A stretch of 64,000 nt of DNA, from positions 434,001 through 498,000 of the forward strand of contig VRMN01000008.1 of the NCBI GenBank assembly GCA_008690995.1, read 5' to 3'. Numbering within the stretch: position 1 is the stretch's first letter; every line of letters begins with the position of its first letter. The translations under genes were made by a program, and so were the position numbers. The notes under the pieces were generated by a model, which did not search any database, was not told the DNA's origin, and saw nothing but the letters and a program-made list of their open reading frames with translations. Positions 43,701 to 54,225 of this stretch are shown piece after piece. The stretch is from Porphyridium purpureum. Its lineage: Eukaryota.

Positions 43701-46052
43701 CGCCGCGGAAAAGGTAGCTGTGACGCGGAGCTTTTGAATGTGACAAACAAAAACGCACTGTTCAAGGAGCAAGCCAAGTATGTAGTCGAGCGCGAGGACG
43801 CAGCGCTATGGGCGCAGGTGCTGAGCGACAGCAATACCAACCGCAAGCTCTTGGTGGATCAAGTGATGTCTTCCGCCTTGCCTGAGCAGCAAGCACCAGA
43901 AAAGGTTTCAGCAACCGTCAAGGCTTTCATGGCAGCCGACTTACCGCAGCTGCTTATCGAACTGCTTGAGAAGCTAGTCCTGTCGTCGTCACCTGGCAAC
44001 GCGGTCTTTGCGAAGAATCGCAACCTCCAGAATCTGCTCATCCTCACCTCGATCAAGACCGAAAAGGATCGCGCGATGGAATACATCAAAAAGCTCGAAA
44101 ACTATGATGGGAATGATATTGCCCAAATTTGCCTGGGTGCCGAGCTGTACGAGGAGGCATTCACAATTTTCTCGCGTTTCAACAAGTATGATGAAGCCGT
44201 CGGGGTGATCTTGGACGAAATGAACGACTTTCCTCGCGCCGAGGCATTTGCGGAAAAGCTGGATCGACCGGAAGTTTGGTCTCGCCTAGGCAAGGCGCAG
44301 CTGAAGAAGCGCGACATGGTGGGTAAAGGCGTGACGAGTCTGTTGCGTGCCAAGGACCCGGGACCCTATGAGAGTGTGATTCACGCGTGCAAAGACTTTG
44401 AGCCAGACGCCGCTACATACGATGCGATTATCAAGTATCTTAAGTTTGCGCGCACGAAGGTTCAAGATGTGATTGCAGTTGACACTGAAATCGTAGTGGG
44501 ACTCGCGCGATGTGACCGACTGACCGAAGTGGAAGAGTTCCTGAGCATGCCGAACCATTCTGCAGATTTGGATGAAGCCGGCGAGCGCTGTCTGGCTCAG
44601 GACCTGCTCAAAGCAGCCAAGCTGCTGTTTTCGGCCACCAACAGCTACGGCCGTCTCGCAGTGGTGCTGGTCAAACTGCGCGATTTTGCCGGGGCAGCCG
44701 AATCGGCGCGCAAGTCGAACAAGGTGGCGACGTGGCGCAGCGTGTGCTTTGCGTGCGTAGATGCTGGCGAGTTCCGTCTCGCTCAGATCTGTGGTCTGCA
44801 CCTTGTTGTCGAGCCAGACGAGCTGCAGGACGTGCTGACTTACTACCAACAGCGAGGTTTCTTCAACGAGCTCCTGGATCTGCTGGATGCGTCGTTGAGT
44901 ATGGAACGGGCACACCAGGCCTTGTTCACTGAGACTGGCGTCATGTACACCAAGTATCGGCTGGTTGAAGAGCATAAGGTCATGGAGTTCATGCGCATGT
45001 GGTGGCAAAGATGCTCGGTGCCCAAGTTGATTCGCGCGTGCGACGCTGCCGCTGCCTGGCCTGAGAAAGTGTACCTGCATATCCAGTATAATGAAGCCGA
45101 GAACGCCTTGCAATGCATGATGGAGCACCCAATTGGCTGGGACCACGCGGTGTTTCTTCAGGCAGTCAACAAGGCGTCCAATACTGACGTACTGTACCGC
45201 TGCATCTCGTTTTACATGAATGAGCACTTTGATCTGCTGCAGGAGCTGCTGGTAGCTTGCGCCTCTCGCACTGATCCGCAGCGCGTGATAAGCATGCTCA
45301 AAACGTCTCGTCTTCTGCCCGACGCGCACCAAGAACTGGGTGATTTCGGGGTACTGCCCTTCTTCAAAACCTATTTGCTGAAATTGCAGGAGAAGCAGAA
45401 CATTCCGGAGGTGAATGAAGCGCTCAACGAGGTGTTGTTGCTGGAGGAGAATGTCGAAATGCTGAAGGAATCGATCAAGAGTCATGTCCATTTTGACCAG
45501 CTCAAGTTTGCCCGCAAGCTTGAACACGCTCAAGCAATTGAGTACAGGCGCATCTCGGCAACCTTGTACACAATGAACAAGAAGTTTGAGCAGGCCGTAG
45601 AAGTGTCGAAGCGCGACAAATTGTGGAAGGACGCGATTGAGAGCGCTTCAGTGAGTAAGGATCCAGAATTGGTCGACTTTTTGTCACGATTCTTCCTGGA
45701 CAATGATTTGCGTGAGGGCTTTTCGGCCACGCTGCTCGCTTGTTACGAATTTTATCCTCCCGCAGCGGCGCTCGAGTACGCGTGGATGTATAATGTGATG
45801 GATTTTGCCATGCCGTTCTTTGTACAGACCATGGACGAGATGTTCAACCGCGTGATGGGACTCGAACAGGTGGAAAAGGAGCGGGTGCTCGCACACGAGG
45901 CGGAGAAAAAGGCGCTCGAGGAGACAATCAACGACGACCCAAGCGTGCTTCTGCACGGCGTGCAGGGCTCCCCGGCAGCAGCGATGCTCGCAAATCTCAG
46001 TGGCGCTGGTGCCAGCGGCACGGGTCAGCTCGCCTTAGGCTGGCAAAGTTAG
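40782..46052 (+). CDS. CHC: Clathrin heavy chain
   Basis: ADSAIMNP, VFWKW, QIINY, PRPLINVCDRF, GQYCENRDP, NRNLQNLLILT, DFAMPF; about 1756 aa, intronless. Confidence 0.98.
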   Translation: MGDPVEVHEHLNLTSAAAIDAASLSFATVTLQSEKYVCVRDRNAASGSAELVVVELDTAGSGVMRKPMAADSAIMNPRANIIALKAGMALQIFDLTKKQKVKAVQISENVVFWKWISDKTIGIVTETAVYHWALSDAAGDPVKMFDRHNSMTRAQIINYRADASEQWLVLVGIAPGAAAGAPVTGRMQLYSVARKMSQALEGHAATFASISLGGYDTSVLAFASLPAAAGSSPVMHMIEVGTERKPENAPRFDKKSIPLQFPPQCTAAGDFPIAMDASTKYAVVFMLTKMGFLYVYEISTGTCLYTRQVSNTSVFVTCANTETGGIFGVNRAGQVLSIQLVPERVIPYVMSSTSAGSDPAIVARIAAQSGFPGADGLFVNKFRQFFDAGRLREAALVASQSPGTSVRNKQTIELFKALPQEEGQPPALLVYFQVLLERGKLNKLESIELAQQVIALGRVQLLEKWIQDDKMECSEELGDLLKTRAGNLPLAMTVYVKGGAHHAVLRALIENGQTAKVVPYAQRVQMSSVNIPELVQLASTHGSPQAALELANALQQSGLPTASAASAAGERSMQDIESMFHMFMQKGMLQEATAYVVDNLGEDVPEAGHLQTTVLKANLANAPQLADAILKRKIWSHYNHVEVAQQCERAGLYSHALTHYKDITDVRRVLSNTTHTLEPELVLEYFDRLLQPVASGDGSTSTSPANSNIALECLDVLLRANPRGNLGLCVQIAAAHVDVLGATALMGVFGKLKQPQQAQQATFALLQGIINKTDDADVHYAYIELAIRLEQFGEAEKVTRESEHYNPEKVKSFLMSVKPRDPRPLINVCDRFSYVEELVRFLIKNNQPKFVEGYVTRINPTRASTVCGILLDLDYEEEFIKNLVMQVKNTVNVGELVVTFEKHNKLKMLLPFLEAKLNDGGSEDSEVCTGLAKVYVDANISPEHFLETNEFYDPRAVGQYCENRDPYLSVLAYRRGKGSCDAELLNVTNKNALFKEQAKYVVEREDAALWAQVLSDSNTNRKLLVDQVMSSALPEQQAPEKVSATVKAFMAADLPQLLIELLEKLVLSSSPGNAVFAKNRNLQNLLILTSIKTEKDRAMEYIKKLENYDGNDIAQICLGAELYEEAFTIFSRFNKYDEAVGVILDEMNDFPRAEAFAEKLDRPEVWSRLGKAQLKKRDMVGKGVTSLLRAKDPGPYESVIHACKDFEPDAATYDAIIKYLKFARTKVQDVIAVDTEIVVGLARCDRLTEVEEFLSMPNHSADLDEAGERCLAQDLLKAAKLLFSATNSYGRLAVVLVKLRDFAGAAESARKSNKVATWRSVCFACVDAGEFRLAQICGLHLVVEPDELQDVLTYYQQRGFFNELLDLLDASLSMERAHQALFTETGVMYTKYRLVEEHKVMEFMRMWWQRCSVPKLIRACDAAAAWPEKVYLHIQYNEAENALQCMMEHPIGWDHAVFLQAVNKASNTDVLYRCISFYMNEHFDLLQELLVACASRTDPQRVISMLKTSRLLPDAHQELGDFGVLPFFKTYLLKLQEKQNIPEVNEALNEVLLLEENVEMLKESIKSHVHFDQLKFARKLEHAQAIEYRRISATLYTMNKKFEQAVEVSKRDKLWKDAIESASVSKDPELVDFLSRFFLDNDLREGFSATLLACYEFYPPAAALEYAWMYNVMDFAMPFFVQTMDEMFNRVMGLEQVEKERVLAHEAEKKALEETINDDPSVLLHGVQGSPAAAMLANLSGAGASGTGQLALGWQS

Positions 46053-46310
46053 TTAGGTAGGTTGAATGTGGGAAATACATTACTCAGAAAGAGTTTGAAA
46101 ACCTCCCTTGTGCAAGACTAGTGGTTGAAAACGGGGCGAACTTCACGGCAACAAAGCAGATCCGTCCTTTTGCTTCCGTGCTCAGTGAAGAAGCGTTTCT
46201 GGCACCCATGGAGATCTCACAAGACACGGGCGACTGACGTTCAGGAGAACTTGCACACGTGCGTGACGGGCAGAGCAGCTCGACAAGGACAGCAGGGCAA
46301 CACGTAAGCA

Positions 46311-47945
46311 TTAGCCCACTTGTTCAGGCACATTTGCCAGGGAGGGCGACGGCCGTATTGAGCGAAAGATGCGCATGCGACCCGTCTGCGTACCGTAAAT
46401 CAGGACGCCGCTGCTCGTCCCGGCATGCGCCAAGTTGAAGAGCGCCACGTTGATTTCGTCCGCGACTCCGTTCATGTCCATGTCTGCCTTGAGCGACCGG
46501 ATCATGCTCAACTGCTTGCGCAAGCAGAAGATCTTGACCACATCTAGCTGGCTGCGCAGCGCCGGCGCATCATCCAGGTGCTCGTTGTGCCAGCGCAGAA
46601 TTGGGTTTGGATGCCGAAAGCTAAAGCCAGCGAGCACGTGCACAGAGCTCGAGGAAAAGCGAATGTTTGTAAGCGCACTGGCGTGACCTGCATCCAGCAA
46701 TAAACTGTACAGGCACAAGCCGATTTGATAATGCGGCACCTGACCGCGACCGATCCCTCCTGGCTGCAATGAGTCTGCATTCACAACAAAGACAGACAGT
46801 TGGAAAGTGCCGTTGTGCTCAGCTGGGTCGCATGGTACGCACGCTGCGAGCAGTTTACCGTCAGGCGAGAAATGCAAGCCCGCGTCGTTGTAGGCCACAG
46901 CGCGCGGAACCGTCAACTGCACCTCGCCCAGTCGGGGCGCCGGACCAGGCACGAATAAACGCACATCCAAGCGAAGCGTAAACTGCTCTGTCGGTGAGCT
47001 CGCGAGATTCTTTTCGCCAACCGCCACTAACCTGCCGTGTGGATGAAAAGCAACCACACGTACATCGGCATTGCCTTGGTGCACAAGCTGCGGCACGGAG
47101 CTCGGCTCCATGTAATCAACCCACATGTACACGTTCATGCCGCTGGCAATCGCCAACGTTCCGCCGTCCGGATGGAATGAAAGTGAGCATATGCTTGCTC
47201 GCTGTGTCTGGCCCTGAGTTGGCGCAAGCATGAAGCTCCGAACGCACTTGCGCTGCGAAGTGCTCCAGATACATACCTCATTGCCGAGGCATCCAGACGC
47301 CAACAAGTCCGAGTTGTGAGGGTGGAATTTAACCGCCCATGGTGTGCGTTGATGCCAGTGCAGAGACGCTTCCAGCTTTGCGTCGGGCATAGTGAATATC
47401 TTGACTGTATGGTCTCCGTGCGTAGACGCAAAGAAGCGCGCGTCGTGTGCAAAGTCGATCGAAATTGTTGAGCGCACCGCGCCCCTGGACGCCTTCAAGT
47501 CCACATATTCTCCCAAGTCGAGCTCCTGCAGCGCGCTGTGCTCCACGGTTTGGCATATTCCGGTTCTCTGTATTCTGCTCAGTGGGCCGTGCAGCTCACG
47601 GTGCCGCAACCGCTTTAGTACTTTTTCGGTCCCGCAGCTAACTTTGCGCGATTTTCCGAGGGCGTACCGCAGCGCAGACGGTTCGCTTAGCCTCTGGTTC
47701 ATGAACTCCCTCCGCTCAGGTCGTACTTGGCTGTTGTCAGCTGCCGTGCGGCCGTCATTACCAGCACCGCTGTTCACATCGTCATCCTCTAATCCTCCCT
47801 CTGAAAACGTGTACACGTCTGAATCGAGAGGCTGCTCATCGTGCTCGTCAACGGATCCGTTCCATTCAGACCCGCACTCTGAAGGCACTTGCGCATCGCT
47901 TATAGCGCGCATCAGCGAGTCGTCATCATCACTCTCCATGCGCAT
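46311..47945 (-). CDS. AMBRA1/DCAF3-like WD40 protein
   Basis: RSTISIDF...ASTHGDHTVKI...HQRTPWAVKFHP...LASGCL, the AMBRA1-type N-terminal WD signature; C-terminal YGTQTG. Confidence 0.82.
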   Translation of the reverse strand: MRMESDDDDSLMRAISDAQVPSECGSEWNGSVDEHDEQPLDSDVYTFSEGGLEDDDVNSGAGNDGRTAADNSQVRPERREFMNQRLSEPSALRYALGKSRKVSCGTEKVLKRLRHRELHGPLSRIQRTGICQTVEHSALQELDLGEYVDLKASRGAVRSTISIDFAHDARFFASTHGDHTVKIFTMPDAKLEASLHWHQRTPWAVKFHPHNSDLLASGCLGNEVCIWSTSQRKCVRSFMLAPTQGQTQRASICSLSFHPDGGTLAIASGMNVYMWVDYMEPSSVPQLVHQGNADVRVVAFHPHGRLVAVGEKNLASSPTEQFTLRLDVRLFVPGPAPRLGEVQLTVPRAVAYNDAGLHFSPDGKLLAACVPCDPAEHNGTFQLSVFVVNADSLQPGGIGRGQVPHYQIGLCLYSLLLDAGHASALTNIRFSSSSVHVLAGFSFRHPNPILRWHNEHLDDAPALRSQLDVVKIFCLRKQLSMIRSLKADMDMNGVADEINVALFNLAHAGTSSGVLIYGTQTGRMRIFRSIRPSPSLANVPEQVG

Positions 47946-48108
47946 AGGTCGGGTGACTACCGACGGTTTCAAGTGACGAAGCGCCCAACGTCCCCTTCTT
48001 ACCTGTCGGTTCGCAAGGCAACATCGGTTATGCTGTGCGATCTGCTGGCAGCGGCAGCGAGAGCGACGCGAGATCTCAGTCCTGTGAGACACAAGCAAAG
48101 TTCAACAG

Positions 48109-49194
48109 ATGGATCGGCGTGAACTCAAGCCGCCGCGGCTGGGCGCGGAGAATTTGGGGAGGCGGGTGGTGGACTACCGCCCCATGCGCGCGGGGAGGCC
48201 ACGAGCGGAAGTGGAGAGGCTGGAAAATGGCAAGCTCGTGCTACATAATTATGGGCACGGAGGCAGTGGTTGGACAATTGGGCCTGGCGCGGCCGCGTAC
48301 GTGTGTGACCTGTTGATGCGACACGCAGACGGCGATCTGAACCTTGAAATTGCTGTCGTTGGCGCTGGTATACTGGGCTTGCTGACGGCGTACGAATTGG
48401 TGAACAGAGGTTACACAAGGATCAAGGTGGTGGCGGAGCAGTTTGAACGGCTGGTTTCGCACCATGCCGGCGCCTTGTTGGCACCTGTGTCGATGCAGAA
48501 TGAGCCAGACGCACTTGAGTGGGTAAACCAGATTGCGATGGACTCGTACAAGTTCTATGCGGCAGTCGCGCAAGGCAAAATGCCCGGTCTGCGCGCCGAG
48601 GGCACGCGCGCTCTGCCAGCGTACTTTGAGGATCGCGAAGGCTCGGGACTTGAGCCGTATGTTGAGCGCGGCATCATGGCTGCAGCGAAGGACGTCGAGG
48701 TAAGTTTTGGAAACGGCACAATACACCAGCTGGTGGTGTATGACGATTCGTACTACATGAACACTGCCATCATGATGGCAGACCTGCGCGTGTACCTGGA
48801 AGCCCATCATGTCGAGTTTGTGCAGCGGCGGGTGTGTGATCTTGCTCGGGACGTTGCAGAGCCGTTCGTGTTCAACTGCGTCGGGCTTGGTGCCGCAGAA
48901 TTGGGCGACACGCGCATGATTCCTGTGCAGGGCCATTTAATTCTGCTGCAGGGCCAGGTGGAGGCAGACATTCAGTACCAGATCTCAGTGTCGATGGAAT
49001 GCGGCGTGACCAGCCCGTCGGGCCATAAGATGAGTCGATATTTTTACATGTTCCCGAAGCAGATGGACGAGTTTACGGGCGTGTTTGGCGGCACGTTCAT
49101 CGTGGGCGCCGGTCGCGAGTTTCATGAGACAAACAATAGTGAGTTTGAGGTCATGATTCGCCAGGCGCGCGAATTCTTCGGGATCAAATCATAA
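48109..49194 (+). CDS. FAD-dependent D-amino-acid oxidase-like protein, circularly permuted
   Basis: YRPMR...HNYGHGGSGW precedes the Rossmann motif IAVVGAGILGLLTA; also VFNCVGLGA and PVQGH. Confidence 0.85.
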   Translation: MDRRELKPPRLGAENLGRRVVDYRPMRAGRPRAEVERLENGKLVLHNYGHGGSGWTIGPGAAAYVCDLLMRHADGDLNLEIAVVGAGILGLLTAYELVNRGYTRIKVVAEQFERLVSHHAGALLAPVSMQNEPDALEWVNQIAMDSYKFYAAVAQGKMPGLRAEGTRALPAYFEDREGSGLEPYVERGIMAAAKDVEVSFGNGTIHQLVVYDDSYYMNTAIMMADLRVYLEAHHVEFVQRRVCDLARDVAEPFVFNCVGLGAAELGDTRMIPVQGHLILLQGQVEADIQYQISVSMECGVTSPSGHKMSRYFYMFPKQMDEFTGVFGGTFIVGAGREFHETNNSEFEVMIRQAREFFGIKS

Positions 49195-49244
49195 AGCGTT
49201 CCTTGCCTTATTGTTCATTCATGCGTACATTATTCCAGTGTCAC

Positions 49245-49820
49245 CTATCTTGTGTTTTCCTTGTCGCTAATACACGAGTTGAGCAGGAATTTCTTCTCGA
49301 GCATGATTTCCTCGATGAACTCGGTGCTCATCTTTCCGTCTGCGGTGAATTCGCTCAAGCCCGCAAAAATGTACTCAGACTTTCGGTTGCGGACGAGCGC
49401 GACGCTGGGCATCATCCAGATTTTCATCGTGTCGACAAGAAACTCGCAGTGCTCCGCATCCAGCAGCACGAACTTTGCCTCGAGGTGCTGCGCGGCGATC
49501 CTTGTGAGGTGCTGGATCAGCTCGTCGGTGAAGCGATTGGGGCTCGCCTTCCTGTAGAAGACGGCGCACACGCGCTCGGACTTTTCGACCGCGTCGAAGA
49601 ACTGCATCTCTGTATCGATTGTCTGCAGGGACCCGTGACCCTGCGCGACCCACTGCTTCCGCTTCTCCGCGTCCCGCTTCATCTGCTCGACGCGGCGGCG
49701 GCGCAGCGCGTCATAGTCGTCGTCCTTCAGCGCGTCCAGCGCCTCGATCTGCGCGTCGACCTGCTGCTCCATTGCGCGCGCGGCCCCCAGCACCGCGCGC
49801 TCCACCGCCATCTTCTCCAT
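49245..49820 (-). CDS. Phosducin-like protein 3 / TXNDC9
   Basis: LRRRRVEQMK...W..QGHGSL, FFDAVEKSERV, HL..IA.QHLEAKF, FLV...I..MP. Confidence 0.88.
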   Translation of the reverse strand: MEKMAVERAVLGAARAMEQQVDAQIEALDALKDDDYDALRRRRVEQMKRDAEKRKQWVAQGHGSLQTIDTEMQFFDAVEKSERVCAVFYRKASPNRFTDELIQHLTRIAAQHLEAKFVLLDAEHCEFLVDTMKIWMMPSVALVRNRKSEYIFAGLSEFTADGKMSTEFIEEIMLEKKFLLNSCISDKENTR

Positions 49821-50340
49821 CCTTTCTCCCTTCCTTCCTTTCCCTCTCTCCCAGTCCTTCCCTCTCTCTCTCTCTCTCCCTCTCTCTCTCCCCCCTCCGT
49901 CCTCTGCCTCAACACTCCCACACACACACACACACTCAAACCTTCAAACCCGCTTTTTCGTTTTTGAACCGTCTTTGTCTCGCAGCAACCTTCGCGGCAT
50001 TTCATGACAAAACACCACCGTTTTCATTCATCCCTGTTTTGAAAAAACAAGAAGAAAAACCGACTGCTGCGTGTGGACTGGCCAGCCCATCGGTTCGATT
50101 TGCGCGCGGTTTCGCCCCTGACCGCGGCTGAAGTACAGTGCGTACAGTGTGCGTAAGCCAGCGTCGTCCGCTGTACCGTGTTTGCGGTGACTGTACCGCA
50201 TCGTGACCAACTGCGTTGCGTGTTCGGTGGTTTGAAGAAGCGTGGCGTGAGACGAAGATTTAGACTGAGGCCTTGAACAAGGTGGGGTTGAAGGGTTTGA
50301 AAAAGAGGGAGGTCGGGATGGGACGGACGAATTGTGAGCG

Positions 50341-50634
50341 ATGCTGAGGAGGGTGTGTGACACGGTGGAGATCAAGCAGGAGGACGTGGACGAGCTGCTG
50401 CAGGCTCGCGCAGAGCGGACGCAGCTCGCCGCGCGCAACGCGGGGACGGGCGACGCGCGCGCGGCGGTGCGCGACGAGCAGCGCGATGCAGGCGCGCCCG
50501 CCGCCGCCAGTACGCACTTGCACGTCACCGCCAGGCAGAGGATAGGCCTCGATCCGGCCCCTGGCACATTGGCTTCGGCGGCGCCGCGGGCGGCGGCGGC
50601 AGCGAGCTCCGCGGGGGATGCGGCGCGTCGGTGA
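50341..50634 (+). CDS. CDC26: APC/C subunit CDC26-like small protein
   Basis: N-terminus MLRRVCDTVEIKQEDVDEL matches the CDC26 MLRRxPTxIxLxxED.EE pattern; later RQRIGL matches the plant-type xxRIG motif. Confidence 0.72.
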   Translation: MLRRVCDTVEIKQEDVDELLQARAERTQLAARNAGTGDARAAVRDEQRDAGAPAAASTHLHVTARQRIGLDPAPGTLASAAPRAAAAASSAGDAARR

Positions 50635-53600
50635 GGCCGAGAAGCGTGTCGTCGCGGTGGCAAGCGCCGCCACGCGCGTGACCAGGCAGCGGACAGCACG
50701 GGCGTGTCCTCAGCCATGGACAAAACGTGCTTGCCACGTAACAACGCTCTGATGCAACTTGAGCGTCTCCGGGATCTTGCCCGGGGCTCAGCATTGGGTG
50801 CAGTCCTGGTGCACGATCCAGCGCGCCATAGTATGTTGCCCACGTCCAGTCCTCTGCACAAAGCTTTTTGGACCGCGATGCATCTACGAGTGAAGACAGC
50901 AGCACGATACATATGTTGGGTCGGTATGGTCATGATTCTTGTCAAACAGTGCAAGAACAGCGGAAAATAGTTCACGCAATGCCAAGCAAGTCATCGCGCA
51001 CGGTCACGAAGCAAAAATGGTGCTGCCGGCAGGTTTCATCCCTGCGGCAGGGACACCTGAAATGCGGGTTCATTTGGAGATTTTCACGCCTCGCGCATGG
51101 CTGAGTCCAGCTCTCACCCCAAGACGTACGACTGGATTGTCGCTCAGTGGCGCGCTTCAGGTACCCTCAAAATTGATCGCGCTTCCGATCACTGTGGTTC
51201 ATGCGTCCATTCGACGATATGGTCATGCGCTTTTGCTGGGCTGTTTATCGCTGGTTATGATTGCCGCGCCATTGCGAAAAATCGTGCCCAGGATGAGGTC
51301 TCACCGTATGATGCTCGACGAAATCATCACGGACATTGAAGTTGCGGGCGCCGGCACTAATCCAAGTGCTTGTGGCAAGGTTATACTGGATAGCCTCGGG
51401 CCAGTGCTGCAGAATGACTTTGCACTCGAGGACATTCATTATCGTCCTGTACGTGGTGCTCACCAGGTGCCTTTGCGAGTCGCGTCATTACGAAACAAGC
51501 AGGAAGAAGAGGGAGCGCGCGAAGCGCATGAGATCGCAGAGGCAGATGCACACCCTCGTTTGGGACCTACACGGTTGGTTCCTTGTGCACAGTAGTGCGC
51601 GTGAACTGATAAGCACAGCAGAAATCCCGTACTCTGACGATGAGCACGAATCATTTTTAACCCCTAACCCTATAGAAAAGTGACTGTCGTCTCTTGCGAT
51701 TTACTGGTACCCTGCAAACCACAACATCGATTCTTATGAAATCATGGCACCGCGAGCACTGCTGCGGCTTCGGTTTCCCAGCGACGGCAAACTGACGCCA
51801 GTCGCTATTCTTGCTATCGGTTTCCAGCTCCAGCGCATGCTAAACGATGATTCTCTGCACTGGCAGACCAGGCCATCGCTGTGACAGAAGCCAGTATTGC
51901 GGGCCGTTTACCCGAGATGGATTGCAAGAGCGCACAACAGAAAGCTTTGGGTCCGGCACCGGACCTGCCTGCCACCGCGGATACGTGGTTGACATGCAGA
52001 AGGCGGTCTTTGGGAATCCTTGCTGCTTTTAGACGGAAAAAGCAATTAAGACTCCCTCGTTTTCACGTCGCTCATCTCTGACCATTTTCACGTCGTCGCG
52101 GCTCGCTCCTGGAAGACGGAGCCCGCCATTTAGGCTACACACGAGGTGGGGCACTGTATGTCAGGCTGGCGAGGGATAAAGCCCCGGATATGACGACACT
52201 GATGGACCTGGATAACAGCTCTCGTCTGTCTACGTTCCAGGCACGATGCGACGTATATCTCATGCTACGGCGCCTCGAGAGAAAGAGGTTTCAGATAAGC
52301 GCCGCGCGCCCGTGACATGTAGTCGCACAAGTCTTGAACACAAGCCACGAAGGGCCTCAAGTTCTCCACAGCCTTCGACCGCATTTTCGCCTAAAAGACA
52401 AACTCTTCTGCGCTGGTCGGGATGTAAGATTTCCATGAAAGGGCCCTTACAGCACGGCGTCCCCTTTCCGAAGCGGTAAAGCGACTACTGCCCATCTTTT
52501 GTAGGCCTCGTTTCTGGCTCTTCTCTTTGCAGTCTCGCGACGCGATTCCTAAATTTTTATCACCACATTTGCAACAAAAAACATGTGCAATTCACGGTCG
52601 AGCAAGTGTTCCGTGCTCGACAATGATGTTTCCGACGTTCTTCTTGGAGAGCAAATTTAAGTACGTTAATGACCGTCTCTTCGAAGAGTATAAGCCTAGC
52701 ACGGCATTACCACAATGGATGCATCCTACTTGATACATGCCATAATGCACATATACACCTCGCTCGCGTGTCGGCGTGCTTCAACGTGGGATTCACACAC
52801 TGTCGACTGTGAAGCAAAGGCGGTAAGAGAATCTCCCTCGCTGCCTTGGAATCCAAACGGCCCTGTTCAGAGCCTTCCGCTATGTCGTGGCATTTTTTCT
52901 GGAAGCTTGCAGTTTGGCACGCGCGGTGGCGCATTCGTGATGCACGCAGCCAAACGCGTACAAAGGACTGTCGCGAATGTCGCCGGTCGCACTTGCCTTG
53001 CTGGTGACACAGTCGACTCGTGTCCCTCGGTTGTCGTGCCGTGCCTCCGAAACAGCAAAATTGAGAGTGTGAGTTGTCGAATATGGCAGTTTGCTTGTCC
53101 GCTTTGCATTGGCACTCCAACGAAAATCCACACTGCAGAGTATTCGACCAATGGGCTTGTTTTTCCTTCTTTGATGCCGTCCTTTTCCGCTCGAGAAATC
53201 TCGTCGGTAAGGAAATCCTCTGTGTTAAAAGTTCGCTTTTGAAACCCGCATTTCCAGACTGCACACCCAGCCGCGCGCAATCCTTTTTCGCTACGGCCTG
53301 TTTCGCCGCTGGTGTTGCGCCCTCTTCCAAAATTTGTACGCGCTTCACCTGTGTCTGTCCATCCAGAAGGTCGTCGGCACTTGTCTTGCTGGTCTCAGTA
53401 TTAGCGCCGCATCCTTTCGCTGCCGCAAGCCGTAGTGGCGAGAAATACAGTCGATCAGGCGGATGAATTTCTTTCGTCACAATGACAGCCTTGTCCCACG
53501 CTTCATCCATCACGGGCAAACCCTCGTTTGTAACATTTTTCCTTTTCAGGTGCTACGTGGGTGCTGTTCTTTGGCGTGCTGTACGGCGTGTGCTACCGAG

Positions 53601-54225
53601 AATCGGACCTGAAACCGACGCCGGACTGCTCGTACAAGCAGCATCTCTTGTCGCAGAATCCGGTCTCTACTATCACTTGAAAGTTGTAATACGGTCCCTT
53701 GATCATTCCGACGGAGACGCTCACCTACATTTACAAGTGCTCAGCTGTCTATGCACTTACAACGGTTCGTCTTCGCCTCACTGTTGTATTTTGGTTGTAC
53801 TCCAGCACGCCTGCCTCTGCAAGCAGCAAGCTTTTTGCCTTACATGCAGTAACACCGACTTCTCACCGACTCTGGGGCGGATTCCGAACGGCCATTTGTT
53901 CATTCAGCGTCCTGCTTGCCTTGCGAAAGCCTTTGCCGTTGCCTTTGCGTTTGCCAGTCTCTGAAGTCCCCTCGGGTTCGTCCGCCTGCTCCGTTTGCGC
54001 ACCTCGGCTGGGCGCAGCTGAAGTACAGTGCGTACAGTGTGTACAATCGGTACAGTAGGTACAGTTCTACACATGGCTGGATGAGCGAGCACGCGGCGCG
54101 CACTGGCGCGGCGTGCACGGCACAGCGGGGCGTGGAGCGGTGCGGCACGGACGAGCGGAGAGAAGCGTGGGGAGAAAGAGACCGGGGGGGAAGGGGGAGG
54201 CGGCGGCGCTGGAAGGACACTGATC

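Noticed and set aside
51659..51672. AACCCCTAACCCTA telomere-like sequence
   Set aside because: Only two imperfect units; compatible with chance
52707..53519. Possible Copia RNase H remnant
   Set aside because: Only a vague resemblance; no RT, integrase or RNase H catalytic motifs and no LTRs seen
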